Shown here: positions 8,130-19,760 of the stretch, piece after piece
Layout of the letters: every line of letters begins with the position of its first letter
How positions within the stretch are numbered: position 1 is the first letter of the stretch
Assembly (NCBI GenBank): GCA_964436705.1
Contig: CAYTEI010000002.1
Coordinates: 27,199 to 87,919, forward strand
From: an uncultured Thermococci archaeon
GTDB lineage: Archaea; Methanobacteriota_B; Thermococci; Thermococcales; CAYNOZ01
Length of the DNA: 60,721 nt
Direction of reading: 5' to 3'
Position numbers and translations under genes: made by a program
Notes under the pieces: model-generated
Told to the model about the DNA's origin: nothing
The model's database searches: none
Seen by the model: only the letters and a program-made list of their open reading frames with translations

Positions 8130-9794
8130 ATGAAGGATAAGTTTTCTGTTCTAGTTGGAGGAGAGGCAGGACATGGTGTAAAAAAGAGCGTAACAGAAAT
8201 TTCTTCTTTTCTTTCTGAAAAGGGGCGCTACGTTTTTCAAATGGATGACTATCAATCACTTATAAGAGGAGGACATAACTTCTCGATTGTCACTTCAGAT
8301 ATTGAGAAAGTTTATAGCCATTATGAAGACGTAGAATTAGGAATAATGCTTGATAAAAGAAGTTATGAGAACCACTATGACGATATTACAGATGAAGGGG
8401 TTTTAATTTACGATCCCGATCAAATAGAAGATGCAGAGGGAATCCAAATTAAAATTAAAGAAATAGTTAAGGAACATGGTGGAAATGACCAATTAAGAGG
8501 GACAATTGCCTTATCATGCTTTGCATATCTTTGTAATATACCCTTGGACGATGTGAAAGAGAAGATTCGGGAAAACTATTCGAGTGAGGATGTTAATATT
8601 GAAGTTGTTGAAAGGGTATATTCTGATCTTAAGGATGAATATCCTAAATCCTTTGAACTGGAAGAAGGAGATGCACCTAATACAACATTATATGGAAATG
8701 AAAGCACCGCTCTAGGAGCAGTTTCATCTGGATTAGAGAGCTACTGGGCTTATCCAATGACACCAGCCTCGCCAATACTTCATTTCTTAGCGGAGAATTC
8801 TAAAGATTTGGGAGTTACAACGGTACATCCAGAGAACGAAATTGCCGCAATAAACAATGCACTTGGAGCTGCGTATGCTGGTTCTCCTTCTATGGTTGGA
8901 ACCAGTGGGGGTGGATTCGCTTTAATGCAAGAAACATTTAGTATGGCGGGAACAGCCGAAACTCCATTGGTTGCAATTTTAGCATCAAGACCTGGTCCTG
9001 CAACTGGATTAGCGACCTATACAGGTCAAGAAGATCTTGAGTTAGCTTTGAATTCAGGACATGGAGAATTCCCATACGTAGTTTTATCCCCCGCTGATAC
9101 AGAGCAAGGATTCGAAAAAGCTGGGGAGGCTCTTTGGTTAGCATGGAAATATCGTACTCAAGTGATCTACTTAACAGAAAAACATCTTGCTGAGAGTATG
9201 ATGACCACAAATGTGGGTCCTGACTCCGTTCCCGAGGTTGATCCTAAGATGTATGAAGGTGATCCTCAAAATTTCAAAAGCTATAAATTAACGGAAGATG
9301 GAGTTTCTCCTCTTTTGTTCCCACCAGTAGAAGGAGCTGTTATTAGACATAATAGCCATGAAAATGATGAGTTAGGTATTACTACGGATGAGCCAGAAAC
9401 CACAGTTGATATGAGGGATAAACGTCTTAGAAAGAAGGAAGGTATAGAGGATGAGATTAGAAGTTTAAACCCGGTTGAGGTACTTGGAAACGGAGATAAT
9501 GCGATTCTTACATACGGTTCGACTACTATTTCGGTACTTGAGGCTTTGAAACATTTAGATAAAGATTTAAAGGTTATTCAACCTATTTATCTGAGGCCAT
9601 TCCCAGAGGAAAAAGTTAAAGAAGAGATTAAAGATGTTGATAATTTAATCTCGATTGAATTAAGTAGTATGGGTTCTTTTACTACATTAATTAGGGAAAA
9701 GGGTATTAAAATAGATGATAAAATACTTAAATACGATGGAAGGTCATTTGATCCTATTGAACTTTCTAAATCTATAAAAGAGGTGGTTAAATGA
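8130..9794 (+). CDS. 2-oxoacid:ferredoxin oxidoreductase, fused gamma/alpha-type large subunit
   Basis: N-terminal gamma-like domain (VGGEAGHGV), then alpha domain [28 protein letters not shown]. Overlaps the beta-subunit start (ATGA). Confidence 0.85.
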   Translation: MKDKFSVLVGGEAGHGVKKSVTEISSFLSEKGRYVFQMDDYQSLIRGGHNFSIVTSDIEKVYSHYEDVELGIMLDKRSYENHYDDITDEGVLIYDPDQIEDAEGIQIKIKEIVKEHGGNDQLRGTIALSCFAYLCNIPLDDVKEKIRENYSSEDVNIEVVERVYSDLKDEYPKSFELEEGDAPNTTLYGNESTALGAVSSGLESYWAYPMTPASPILHFLAENSKDLGVTTVHPENEIAAINNALGAAYAGSPSMVGTSGGGFALMQETFSMAGTAETPLVAILASRPGPATGLATYTGQEDLELALNSGHGEFPYVVLSPADTEQGFEKAGEALWLAWKYRTQVIYLTEKHLAESMMTTNVGPDSVPEVDPKMYEGDPQNFKSYKLTEDGVSPLLFPPVEGAVIRHNSHENDELGITTDEPETTVDMRDKRLRKKEGIEDEIRSLNPVEVLGNGDNAILTYGSTTISVLEALKHLDKDLKVIQPIYLRPFPEEKVKEEIKDVDNLISIELSSMGSFTTLIREKGIKIDDKILKYDGRSFDPIELSKSIKEVVK

Positions 9795-10618
9795 ACTTAG
9801 ATACCCATGCAGAGAATACTTGGTGCCCAGGTTGCGGTAACTTTGGCATAGAATCTACCGTTAAGGATGCTTTAAACGGCTTAGAGGATGAAGGATATTT
9901 AAAAAAAGAGGATGTTGTCATCAGTGCTGGAATAGGCTGTAGTGGAAAGATCTTTGATTACTTAGATTTAAACGGATATTATTCTGTTCACGGGAGAACT
10001 CCAGCTAATATAGCTGGAATGATGATGGTTAATCCAGATTTAACCGGTATTGCTTTTGCGGGAGATGGTGATTCTCTGGGTGAAGGGCTTGCTCATACTA
10101 TTCATGCTGCTAAGAAAAACGTTGACATGACTATGGTGATCCATAATAATAGAGTGTATGGACTAACTACGGGTCAATTCACACCTACAAGTAAAAAGGG
10201 TTTCAAAGGAAAAAGTACGCCGCAAGGAAGTTCTGAAGAACCGTTTAACATAATTGATTTGATGATTTCCAGTAATGCAACCTTTGTTGCTAGGGCTTTT
10301 GTAACTAAAAAAGGACACTACAAGGATATAATGAAAAAGGCCATAAAACATGAGGGATTTTCATTCGTTGAGGTTCTTCAGCCGTGTGTCACGTTCAACA
10401 ACACTTACCAATTATATAATGAAAAATGCCAGATTATTGAGGAACATGACCCTAGTGATAAAGAAAAAGCTAGAGAACTATCATATAGGGAAGATGAAAT
10501 TCCCCTAGGAATTTTCTATAAAGAGGAGAAACCGATATGGCGGGAAGGCTTCTCAGAATCATACAGTGACATTGAAAAGAAGAAAGATTCAGTTAAGAAA
10601 ATTCTTAATAAAGATTAA
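9791..10618 (+). CDS. 2-oxoacid:ferredoxin oxidoreductase, beta (TPP-binding) subunit
   Basis: [15 protein letters not shown] and GDGD TPP/FeS motifs typical of KorB/PorB-type subunits. Confidence 0.9.
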   Translation: MNLDTHAENTWCPGCGNFGIESTVKDALNGLEDEGYLKKEDVVISAGIGCSGKIFDYLDLNGYYSVHGRTPANIAGMMMVNPDLTGIAFAGDGDSLGEGLAHTIHAAKKNVDMTMVIHNNRVYGLTTGQFTPTSKKGFKGKSTPQGSSEEPFNIIDLMISSNATFVARAFVTKKGHYKDIMKKAIKHEGFSFVEVLQPCVTFNNTYQLYNEKCQIIEEHDPSDKEKARELSYREDEIPLGIFYKEEKPIWREGFSESYSDIEKKKDSVKKILNKD

Positions 10619-10650
10619 TTTTTATTTTCTTTTAAGATTCTTTTTTTGTT
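10619..10650 (+). terminator. Oligo-T terminator-like tract after the oxidoreductase beta gene
   Basis: TTTTTATTTTCTTTT...TTTTTTT immediately after the TAA at 10616-10618. Confidence 0.4.
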
Positions 10651-10683
10651 AATAAATTCCTAAATCTTTTTATAGGTGTTAAT

Positions 10684-11175
10684 ATGTCAAATGTAAAGAA
10701 TTTAGACTTGAAAGAGCTACTAGAAGTTGGAATTAAATCTGAGATCGAAGCTCAAGAAGTTTATGAAGATTTAAACAAGCTTGATCTGCCTTTTGTATTA
10801 AAAAATAAGTTTAAATTTCTTAAAGGTGAGGAAGAGGATCATGAAAGGGTTTTAAGAAGTTTTTTTGATGAGTTTTTTCCTGATCAGAAACCGATTCTTC
10901 CAGAAGAATCTTTGAAGCCTTCTCCTAAAGTAGATCCTAGTAATAAAGGGAAAGTCTCGGATATTTTAAAACAGGCGATGGAGTCCGAAAAAGATTCTAG
11001 AAGATTTTATAAGGAACTGGGTAATAATTTTGAGAAGAGGGAAAAGGTTAAGATTGCTAATTATTTAGCTTATATGGAAAAAGGTCACTATGAGGTTCTT
11101 AAGAGTGAATTAGAGGGTATCAGGGAACTAGAAAATTTTGATGAACTTAACGAATTTGTGGCTGAGGGGCTCTGA
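10684..11175 (+). CDS. Ferritin-like/rubrerythrin-family diiron domain protein
   Basis: Two ExxH-type helices (GEEEDHERV; YMEKGHYEV) in a four-helix-bundle-like layout. TAGGTG SD before the ATG. Confidence 0.55.
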   Translation: MSNVKNLDLKELLEVGIKSEIEAQEVYEDLNKLDLPFVLKNKFKFLKGEEEDHERVLRSFFDEFFPDQKPILPEESLKPSPKVDPSNKGKVSDILKQAMESEKDSRRFYKELGNNFEKREKVKIANYLAYMEKGHYEVLKSELEGIRELENFDELNEFVAEGL

Positions 11176-11239
11176 ATTTCCTTGAATGGTGTTCTGGAAT
11201 CGGAATATTTATAAACTTTCTTTTCCCCATTACTGTTAC

Positions 11240-11287
11240 TTGGATAGCATGGGTTTTTAATTGGAAGATGGGTTTTTATAGATTGGA
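11240..11287 (+). repeat. Periodic direct repeat (TTGGA-n-ATGGGTTTTTA)x2-TTGGA upstream of sepF
   Basis: ATGGGTTTTTA at 11249-11259 and 11268-11278 (period 19 nt), interleaved with TTGGA at 11240, 11261 and 11283. Lies downstream of TATA-like ATTTATAAA (~11205-11213). Confidence 0.5.
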
Positions 11288-11384
11288 TTTGTTCGGGATC
11301 ATTTGTCTGATTTAATTTGATGTAATATGGAACCTCGAATAAGTTGTTTACCTAAGAAAGGAATGAAAATTGTGAGGAAATACT

Positions 11385-11759
11385 ATGGGTATATTAGATT
11401 CCTTGAGAGGAGATGGGGATAAAGAGAGTAAAGAAACTTTGGATGAAGTAGAAACAATTGAATACGAAGATGAGGAGTTAGAAAAACAGTTGATGCGTCC
11501 AAAGAAGAATTATATTAAGACTTTTGGAGCGGAAAAAGTTCCTAAGGTTGAGACAGTTTCTAAAGAGATTTCTGACGGAAATATAGTCATCATTAATATT
11601 AAGTACTTTAAGAAGAAAGAAAGCGATCTTAAGGAATTCGTTGATCAGATAAAAGGTCTTACTGGTAGTATGGACGGTGAAGTGGCTTTACTTGGTGAAT
11701 CGGATGATCGACTTCTTATTACACCTTCTGAATATCAGATCCAAAGAGTACAGGGTTGA
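11385..11759 (+). CDS. sepF: Cell-division protein SepF (archaeal type)
   Basis: N-terminal amphipathic MGILDSLRG membrane-targeting-like helix. C-terminal SepF/DUF552-like core (GNIVIINIKYF...RLLITPSEYQI). Confidence 0.7.
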   Translation: MGILDSLRGDGDKESKETLDEVETIEYEDEELEKQLMRPKKNYIKTFGAEKVPKVETVSKEISDGNIVIINIKYFKKKESDLKEFVDQIKGLTGSMDGEVALLGESDDRLLITPSEYQIQRVQG

Positions 11760-11761
11760 AG

Positions 11762-12298
11762 ATGAGTAGTTGTCCAGTTTGTGGAGAAGATAGCTTAGTT
11801 AAAAACAAAAAGAGGCATGAATTGACCCATTTCGGGGAAATATTGATAATTACTGCTAATTGTAGTAATTGTGGATTTAACAATTCTGAAGTCAATATTT
11901 TAGAAGATAAACCTCCTGCTAGATATATTGTTAATATAGAAAACAAAAAAGATTTAAAAACTAAGTTAGTAAGAGGGAGCACTGGTACTGTGGAGATTGA
12001 AGAACTAGGTATGAAATTAGAACCCGGGTCAGGTGCCAATGCATTTTTTACTAACATTGAAGGCCTTTTAAACCGTTTTGAGACTGTTCTTAAGAGCGAT
12101 TGGGATAAAGAATCAGACCAAGAAGCTGCAAATGGTCTTTTAAAAGAATTAAAAAAGGTTAAGTCTGGTAAAAACTCAGTTGAAGTAAAAGTTTCAGATC
12201 CGAAAGGCAATAGTGCATTAATAGGAGATAAAGTAAAGAAAAAGCCTTTGGAGGTAGAAAACAGTGAAATCGAAGAAGAAAAATTCTCAGATCAATGA
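11762..12298 (+). CDS. zpr1: ZPR1-type zinc-finger protein
   Basis: CPVCG...x...CSNCGF zinc ribbon followed by a ZPR1 beta-rich domain. Alternative TTG start at 11756 overlaps the sepF stop. Confidence 0.75.
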   Translation: MSSCPVCGEDSLVKNKKRHELTHFGEILIITANCSNCGFNNSEVNILEDKPPARYIVNIENKKDLKTKLVRGSTGTVEIEELGMKLEPGSGANAFFTNIEGLLNRFETVLKSDWDKESDQEAANGLLKELKKVKSGKNSVEVKVSDPKGNSALIGDKVKKKPLEVENSEIEEEKFSDQ

Positions 12299-13172
12299 TG
12301 ATTTGGAAGGAATAAAGGATAAGATAAAAAGTTTAGAAAAAGAAAAGAATAATCTCTATTCAGAGATAGAAGAAGCACAAAAAAAAGCGGAAAAGTTCAA
12401 AGAGGAGAGAAACAATCTAAATGAAGAAACCAAGGAATATTCGGAAAGAGCCAAAGAGTTCAAGAAAAAGAGAGACCAAAAAAACAAGAAGATCAAAAAT
12501 TTAAAAGAAAAAAGAGAAGAACTAAATGATGAAATAAGCGAATTATATAACAAAGCAAACGAAATAAAGGAAAAAAGAGATTCCGTCAACGAAAAAAAGA
12601 CAATGGGGCTATCTAAAGTAGAAGTTGAATCAAAAATCGATGAATTGGAGTGGAAACTTCAAACAGATCCAATGGGTAAAGATGCAGAAGATAAGGTAAC
12701 AGACAAGATTGAGGAGTTTTCAAGAGAACTTGAGCTTTTAAACAAGGCAGAAAAACTTCATGGAGAAATGCTAGATAAATATGACAAGATAGAAGAACTA
12801 AAAGAAGAAAGAGATGAGATCCATGAGAAAATTCAGAAAATTGCAAAAGAAAGTGATGAGTATCATAGTAAGATGTTAGAGAACTTTGAAAAAAGAGATG
12901 ATACCTCGAAAGAAGCAGATGAAATGCATAAAAAACATATTGAAGCAGTGGAAAAAATAAAATCTAAAAGAAAGAAAACCGACGATTTAAAGGACCAGAT
13001 AGAAGAGTTAAAAGACAAGAAGCAAGAACTGAATGCCGAACAGATGGCCGAAGAAATTAAGAACAAGAACCCTGAAAAAACTAAGGCAAGGAGAGTCTTA
13101 AGAAAGTATAAGTCCGGAGGAAAGATTGATAAAGATGATCTTTTGCTTTTAAGAAAACATAATTTAATATAA
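12264..13172 (+). CDS. Archaeal coiled-coil protein (COG1340-like), function unknown
   Basis: About 300 aa of K/E heptad-like coiled coil. GTG start preceded by GGAGGT (12250-12255) inside the zpr1 3' end. Confidence 0.5.
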   Translation: MKSKKKNSQINDDLEGIKDKIKSLEKEKNNLYSEIEEAQKKAEKFKEERNNLNEETKEYSERAKEFKKKRDQKNKKIKNLKEKREELNDEISELYNKANEIKEKRDSVNEKKTMGLSKVEVESKIDELEWKLQTDPMGKDAEDKVTDKIEEFSRELELLNKAEKLHGEMLDKYDKIEELKEERDEIHEKIQKIAKESDEYHSKMLENFEKRDDTSKEADEMHKKHIEAVEKIKSKRKKTDDLKDQIEELKDKKQELNAEQMAEEIKNKNPEKTKARRVLRKYKSGGKIDKDDLLLLRKHNLI

Positions 13173-13317
13173 CTCCTTTTACGTAAAAATTTCCTCGTTT
13201 CTGATTATCAATTTATTCCTTCTATTGGTTTCACCTCTTTTATTTTTGGAGATATATTGTTATTGGAGATTAATTATAGTAATTTGATTTTAGATTTTTA
13301 ATTAATTTAGACGTGAT

Positions 13318-15162
13318 ATGATGTCAAAAGATAATAAACCTGTATTAAAAGCGGATGGAACTATTAGCTTAAATGATTTAGAAAAAAGTGAATATTATGA
13401 GGTTAATGTTTCGAGAAAAGTTGATTTTGGAGTTTTTGTCGATATAAATGGCAATATTCAAGCATTAATTAGAAATGATAATTTAAATGGTAATAAAAAA
13501 GTCGGTGAAAAGCTAGTTGGAGAGATTATCAAGATAGATAAAAACAAGAATGAAGTCGATATGACAGAAGTTGGCATGAATAATTATGAAACCAAAGAAA
13601 AATCAAAAGAAATAAATCTCTCATTAGTAAAAGAAATAACATCCGAAAATGCTGGAGAACTATTTAAAGTAAGAGGAGAAGTAATTGGGGTGAAAACTAC
13701 TGGTGGACCAACTATATTTACTCTTACCGACGGAACAGGATGGACTTGGGCAGCTTCTATGGACTCTCCAGGAAGCAGAGCACACCCACACATATCAGCA
13801 GGAGATGTTATAGAAGTCAAAGGCGAAGTTTCACTACACCAAGGAAATCCACAGATAGAAACAGCAAGCATGGAAAAACTACGTGGAAATAAATCAACAG
13901 AATTCAGAGAAAGAATGAACGAAGAATTGGAAAAAAGAACAGAAATAGAAGAAGTTAATTTCTTGGCTGATCACTCAGTACTAGAAAAGCTGGAAAATAG
14001 AATGAAGAATGTTGCCAAAGAGATTAAAAAAGCTATTCATGCTGGAAGACCTATCCTTATAAGACATCATGCCGATGCAGACGGATATGTTTCTGGACTA
14101 GCGATTGAAAAAGCAATTCTCCCAATCTTAAAGGAAACTTCACCAGATCCAGATGCAAGATGGCACTACATTAAAAGAAGACCTAGCAAAGCCCCTTACT
14201 ATGAATTAACAGATGTTCTTAAAGATCTGATCTTTGCCAGAGAAGATAAAATGAAGTTTGAAGAGAAAATGCCTTTGATCGTTGTTGTAGATAATGGATC
14301 TACAGAAGAGGATATACCAGCGCTTAAGAGGCTTGTAGAAGTATATGGACTAGATGTTGTAGTAATTGACCACCACGACCCTCATGTTGTTGAAGGTGAG
14401 GCACCAGTTGATGAGTATTTAAAAGCTCATGTAAATCCTTACTTGAAAGGTGGAGACAGTAACTTAACGGCAGGGATGTTATCAACAGAAGTAGCTTGTT
14501 TGATAAATCCAGAGATTAAAGATCAGATAAAGCATATGCCAGCAATAGCTGGGAAAGGTGATCATAGTAAATATGAGGGTTATATTAAGCATGCAGTTGA
14601 TAAAGGATTAGAAGAGGATGAATTGGATAAAATCGCCGAAGTTGTTGACTATGAATCTTATCATTGGAAATTCAATGATGGTAAAGGGATAATAGAAGAT
14701 ATTCTTATGTTAGGAACATTGAATAGACATAGAAAACTTGTTAATATATCTTGGGAAGAATTAGATGAAGAAAAGAAAAGAACTAAGAGAGCCATATTAC
14801 CCCACGTTAAAGAAAAAACCTTTTCAAATGGAATTAAATTTAATACGCTTGATGTTGAAAGTTATGCTCCTAAATTTGAATATCCAGCCCCTGGAAAAAT
14901 ATGCGGAATGGTACACGATGAATTAGAAGAAAATTCTACTGTTACACTTTCTTACGGCCCTGATTTCTGCGTTGTTAGAGCTTCTGAGGAAATGTCAGAA
15001 TTAGGATTCGATTTGAACAAAATAATAACAGAGATAAGGGAGGACAAACCGGAAACTGGAATCAATGGAGGAGGACATGAATACGCTGGCTCTATAAAAT
15101 TCTTCCAAGGTGAAAGAGATAAGGTTCTCAAAGATTTAGCCAAGAGAATTGCTAATTTATAA
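13318..15162 (+). CDS. RecJ-like DHH/DHHA1 nuclease with N-terminal S1-like and OB-fold domains (HAN/RecJ2-like)
   Basis: S1-like VDFGVFVDINGNIQALI. OB fold FKVRGEVIGV...IEVKGEV. DHH motifs HADADG, VVVDNGS, VIDHHDP. DHHA1 GGGHEYAGS. Confidence 0.78.
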   Translation: MMSKDNKPVLKADGTISLNDLEKSEYYEVNVSRKVDFGVFVDINGNIQALIRNDNLNGNKKVGEKLVGEIIKIDKNKNEVDMTEVGMNNYETKEKSKEINLSLVKEITSENAGELFKVRGEVIGVKTTGGPTIFTLTDGTGWTWAASMDSPGSRAHPHISAGDVIEVKGEVSLHQGNPQIETASMEKLRGNKSTEFRERMNEELEKRTEIEEVNFLADHSVLEKLENRMKNVAKEIKKAIHAGRPILIRHHADADGYVSGLAIEKAILPILKETSPDPDARWHYIKRRPSKAPYYELTDVLKDLIFAREDKMKFEEKMPLIVVVDNGSTEEDIPALKRLVEVYGLDVVVIDHHDPHVVEGEAPVDEYLKAHVNPYLKGGDSNLTAGMLSTEVACLINPEIKDQIKHMPAIAGKGDHSKYEGYIKHAVDKGLEEDELDKIAEVVDYESYHWKFNDGKGIIEDILMLGTLNRHRKLVNISWEELDEEKKRTKRAILPHVKEKTFSNGIKFNTLDVESYAPKFEYPAPGKICGMVHDELEENSTVTLSYGPDFCVVRASEEMSELGFDLNKIITEIREDKPETGINGGGHEYAGSIKFFQGERDKVLKDLAKRIANL

Positions 15163-15483
15163 ATTCCAAAATTCTTCTTATATCTTCTTATCTTAAACTT
15201 TTCTAATATATGAAAATCATTTACTTTAAAAATTCTACACACAACAATTTCTGATCTTTGTGAAGATAAATAAGATATATTCAAATTACTATAAGTGAAA
15301 AGAAAAAATAACATGATTTCTTTTAACCATAACAGAACGATTCCAAATATTCACCCTAACCAAGAGAGTTGAATTGATCACAGACCCCCCCAGAAAACCT
15401 AACCTTATTGAAGAAGCTACTAATGAATTGGAGAAAAGGATTTAACATTTAAAAAATTGAGTAGTTAAGTATGGTGGGAAATT

Positions 15484-15863
15484 ATGAGTAAAGAGACCGT
15501 AAGAACAGACCAAGCCCCTGAAGCAATAGGTCCATATTCACAGGTTACTGAGTTTGAAAATACAGTTTATGTTTCGGGCTAAATCCCTATTGATCCAAAT
15601 AGTGGAGACATATTATCAGGAAGTATTAGAGAATAACCTAAACCGGTTTTGAAGAACGTTAGATCTATTCTTAGAGAATTTGGTTATAATCTTGAAGATG
15701 TTATGAAGTCTGAAGTTTTTATGGGTGACCTGAATGAGTTTGGTGTGATTTGAATGTTGTTTATGGTGTTTTTAATGGAGATCCTCCGGCAAGGACCTTT
15801 GTGGAGGTCTTGCAATTGCCTAAAGATGTTAAGGTAGAGATTACTGTAGTTGCAAAAAAATAG
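15484..15863 (+). pseudogene. ridA: RidA/YjgF-family enamine/imine deaminase pseudogene (2 nonsense codons + 1 frameshift)
   Basis: MSKETVRTDQAPEAIGPYSQ...VSG*IPIDP...IRE*PKPVLKNV...VFMGDLNEFGVI*. After a -1 shift near 15750 it continues as NVVYGVFNGDPPARTFVEVLQLPKDVKVEITVVAKK*. In-frame TAA at 15580-15582 and 15634-15636. Confidence 0.85.
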
Positions 15864-16110
15864 TTGTACAGCCATATTTATTAATAAACATATTTATTCA
15901 TTTTATCGTTTTCTCACCCATTATTGAGAACCTTTACTATTTTTTGATTAATTAAGCTTTACTTGTTAAAAACTTAAAAATTAATTAGAATAAAATAAGA
16001 AAATGGATTATTTAATTAAAGTCTAGGTCCTAAGTATTTTAGGTTCAAGTGAAATATGTATTTACTTTAAAACAAAAGGCTTAAAAACAAAAAAGCATTA
16101 TCCGACTTGA

Positions 16111-18429
<2,319 letters not shown>

Positions 18430-18470
18430 TACTTTAATACCTTTAATTCCTTTTATTATAAGGTGGATCT

Positions 18471-18755
18471 ATGCCGAGAATACTTGCTTCAAATCTAAGA
18501 GACAAAGAAATAGTATCCGAAACAGGGATGAAATTAGGATACCTCTACGATTTATCAATTAAGGAGGACACAGGAGAAATACTTTCACTTGTTATGGAGC
18601 CAAGGAAAGATCTCGACACAGAAGATATGTTAACAGACGAAAAAGGATTTGTTTTGATACCATTTAGGGCTGTGAGCTCTGTCGAAGAACTAATAGTAGT
18701 AAACCCAGACGAAATACCATCAAAGAAATCAGAAACTGAAGAAACCGGGCTTTAA
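18471..18755 (+). CDS. PRC-barrel domain protein
   Basis: Small beta-barrel pattern (LRDKEIVSETGMKLGYLYDLSI...GFVLIPFRAVSSVEELIVV) typical of archaeal PRC-barrel proteins. Confidence 0.6.
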   Translation: MPRILASNLRDKEIVSETGMKLGYLYDLSIKEDTGEILSLVMEPRKDLDTEDMLTDEKGFVLIPFRAVSSVEELIVVNPDEIPSKKSETEETGL

Positions 18756-18767
18756 ATTAGTGATTAA

Positions 18768-19475
18768 ATGAATTTTAAAAAACTTCTTTATTTACCCCTA
18801 TCATTTCCATTCTTTATAATAATAATTATATTAGGCCTCTTATTCTTTGTAGCAATGATCTTCGTAAGCGCTATAACCACAGGTTTTGAAAAAATAGGAT
18901 TCTCTGCAATGCAAGCTTTCTTTCTGTTCCTTTTTTCATTAATTGGAAGTGCCATTAACATACCATTGTATGAAGAAAAAACAGAAAGATCTTCATTCGA
19001 AACTAAGAATATAAACTTTATGGGTATAAAATATCCAATTCCAACTATAGAAAATAGAATAAAGAAAACAACTATAGCTATAAATGTTGGCGGAGCAATA
19101 GTACCAATAATGGCTTCATTTTACATCATAGTAAGTAACACCAACATACTGCCAATGGTATTGATATCAACCTCTATAATATCGTTAATTAGCTATAAAA
19201 TAGCTACCCCAGTAAAAGGAGTTGGAATAACAATGCCCACCTTCCTACCACCAATACTAGCAGTCTTAATTTCAATTATCCTTGCCCCTAACGCAGCCCC
19301 TCAATTAGCCTATTCATCCGGAGTATTAGGAGTATTAATTGGGGCTGACATCCTAAACCTATCCGAATCAAAGAAATTAGGAGCTCCAGTAATTTCCATT
19401 GGAGGAGCAGGAACATTCGATGGGATATTCCTTACGGGAATAGTAGCCGCTCTAATTGCCCCAATAGGATTTTAA
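18768..19475 (+). CDS. Polytopic membrane protein (possibly DUF1614 family)
   Basis: Six or so hydrophobic segments with Gly-rich loops (INVGGAIVPI, ISIGGAGTFDG). The family assignment is from memory only. Confidence 0.45.
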   Translation: MNFKKLLYLPLSFPFFIIIIILGLLFFVAMIFVSAITTGFEKIGFSAMQAFFLFLFSLIGSAINIPLYEEKTERSSFETKNINFMGIKYPIPTIENRIKKTTIAINVGGAIVPIMASFYIIVSNTNILPMVLISTSIISLISYKIATPVKGVGITMPTFLPPILAVLISIILAPNAAPQLAYSSGVLGVLIGADILNLSESKKLGAPVISIGGAGTFDGIFLTGIVAALIAPIGF

Positions 19476-19610
19476 AAAAAAAATAAAACTACTTAAAAAA
19501 TGTTTGAGGAACTCTACATCGAATATATTCTTGAACCATCATTATGAGATTCACCATTCATCCAAAAGGTTTATATTTGAGGCAGGTTATTCAAACCTGG
19601 AATCGTCAAA

Positions 19611-19688
19611 GCGGTGATGGTCCAGGCTGGCCTATGACCTTGGCCTTCCAAGCCAATGACCCGGGTTCAAATCCCGGTCACCGCACCA
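19611..19688 (+). tRNA. tRNA-Gly (anticodon UCC), genomically encoded CCA
   Basis: Manual cloverleaf: acceptor GCGGTGA/TCACCGC, anticodon stem TTGGC/GCCAA with loop CTTCCAA, T-arm CCGGG-TTCAAAT-CCCGG, discriminator A plus CCA. TATA-like TTTATATT at 19570-19577. Confidence 0.9.
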
Positions 19689-19760
19689 TTCCTTTTATAG
19701 AACAATTAATTCCCTTTTTTCAATCAAAAAGATTTTAAATATATTTTACTATAAATTTTT

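Noticed and set aside
7279-11175. Looked for an encapsulin (HK97-fold) shell gene near the EncFtn homolog.
   Set aside because: The neighbouring ORFs are clearly rubrerythrin, the oxidoreductase subunits and a ferritin-like protein. None resembles an encapsulin shell.
15580-15636. Idea that TAA is decoded as Gln (alternative genetic code), because both in-frame TAAs in ridA fall on conserved Gln positions.
   Set aside because: TAA ends most well-aligned genes in the window at their expected C-termini (rad50, nurA, feoB and others). The ridA frame also carries a frameshift, so simple CAA-to-TAA decay explains it better.
19544-19738. 64-aa plus-strand ORF spanning the tRNA-Gly gene.
   Set aside because: The GC-rich tRNA sequence simply lacks stops. 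The cloverleaf explains the region.
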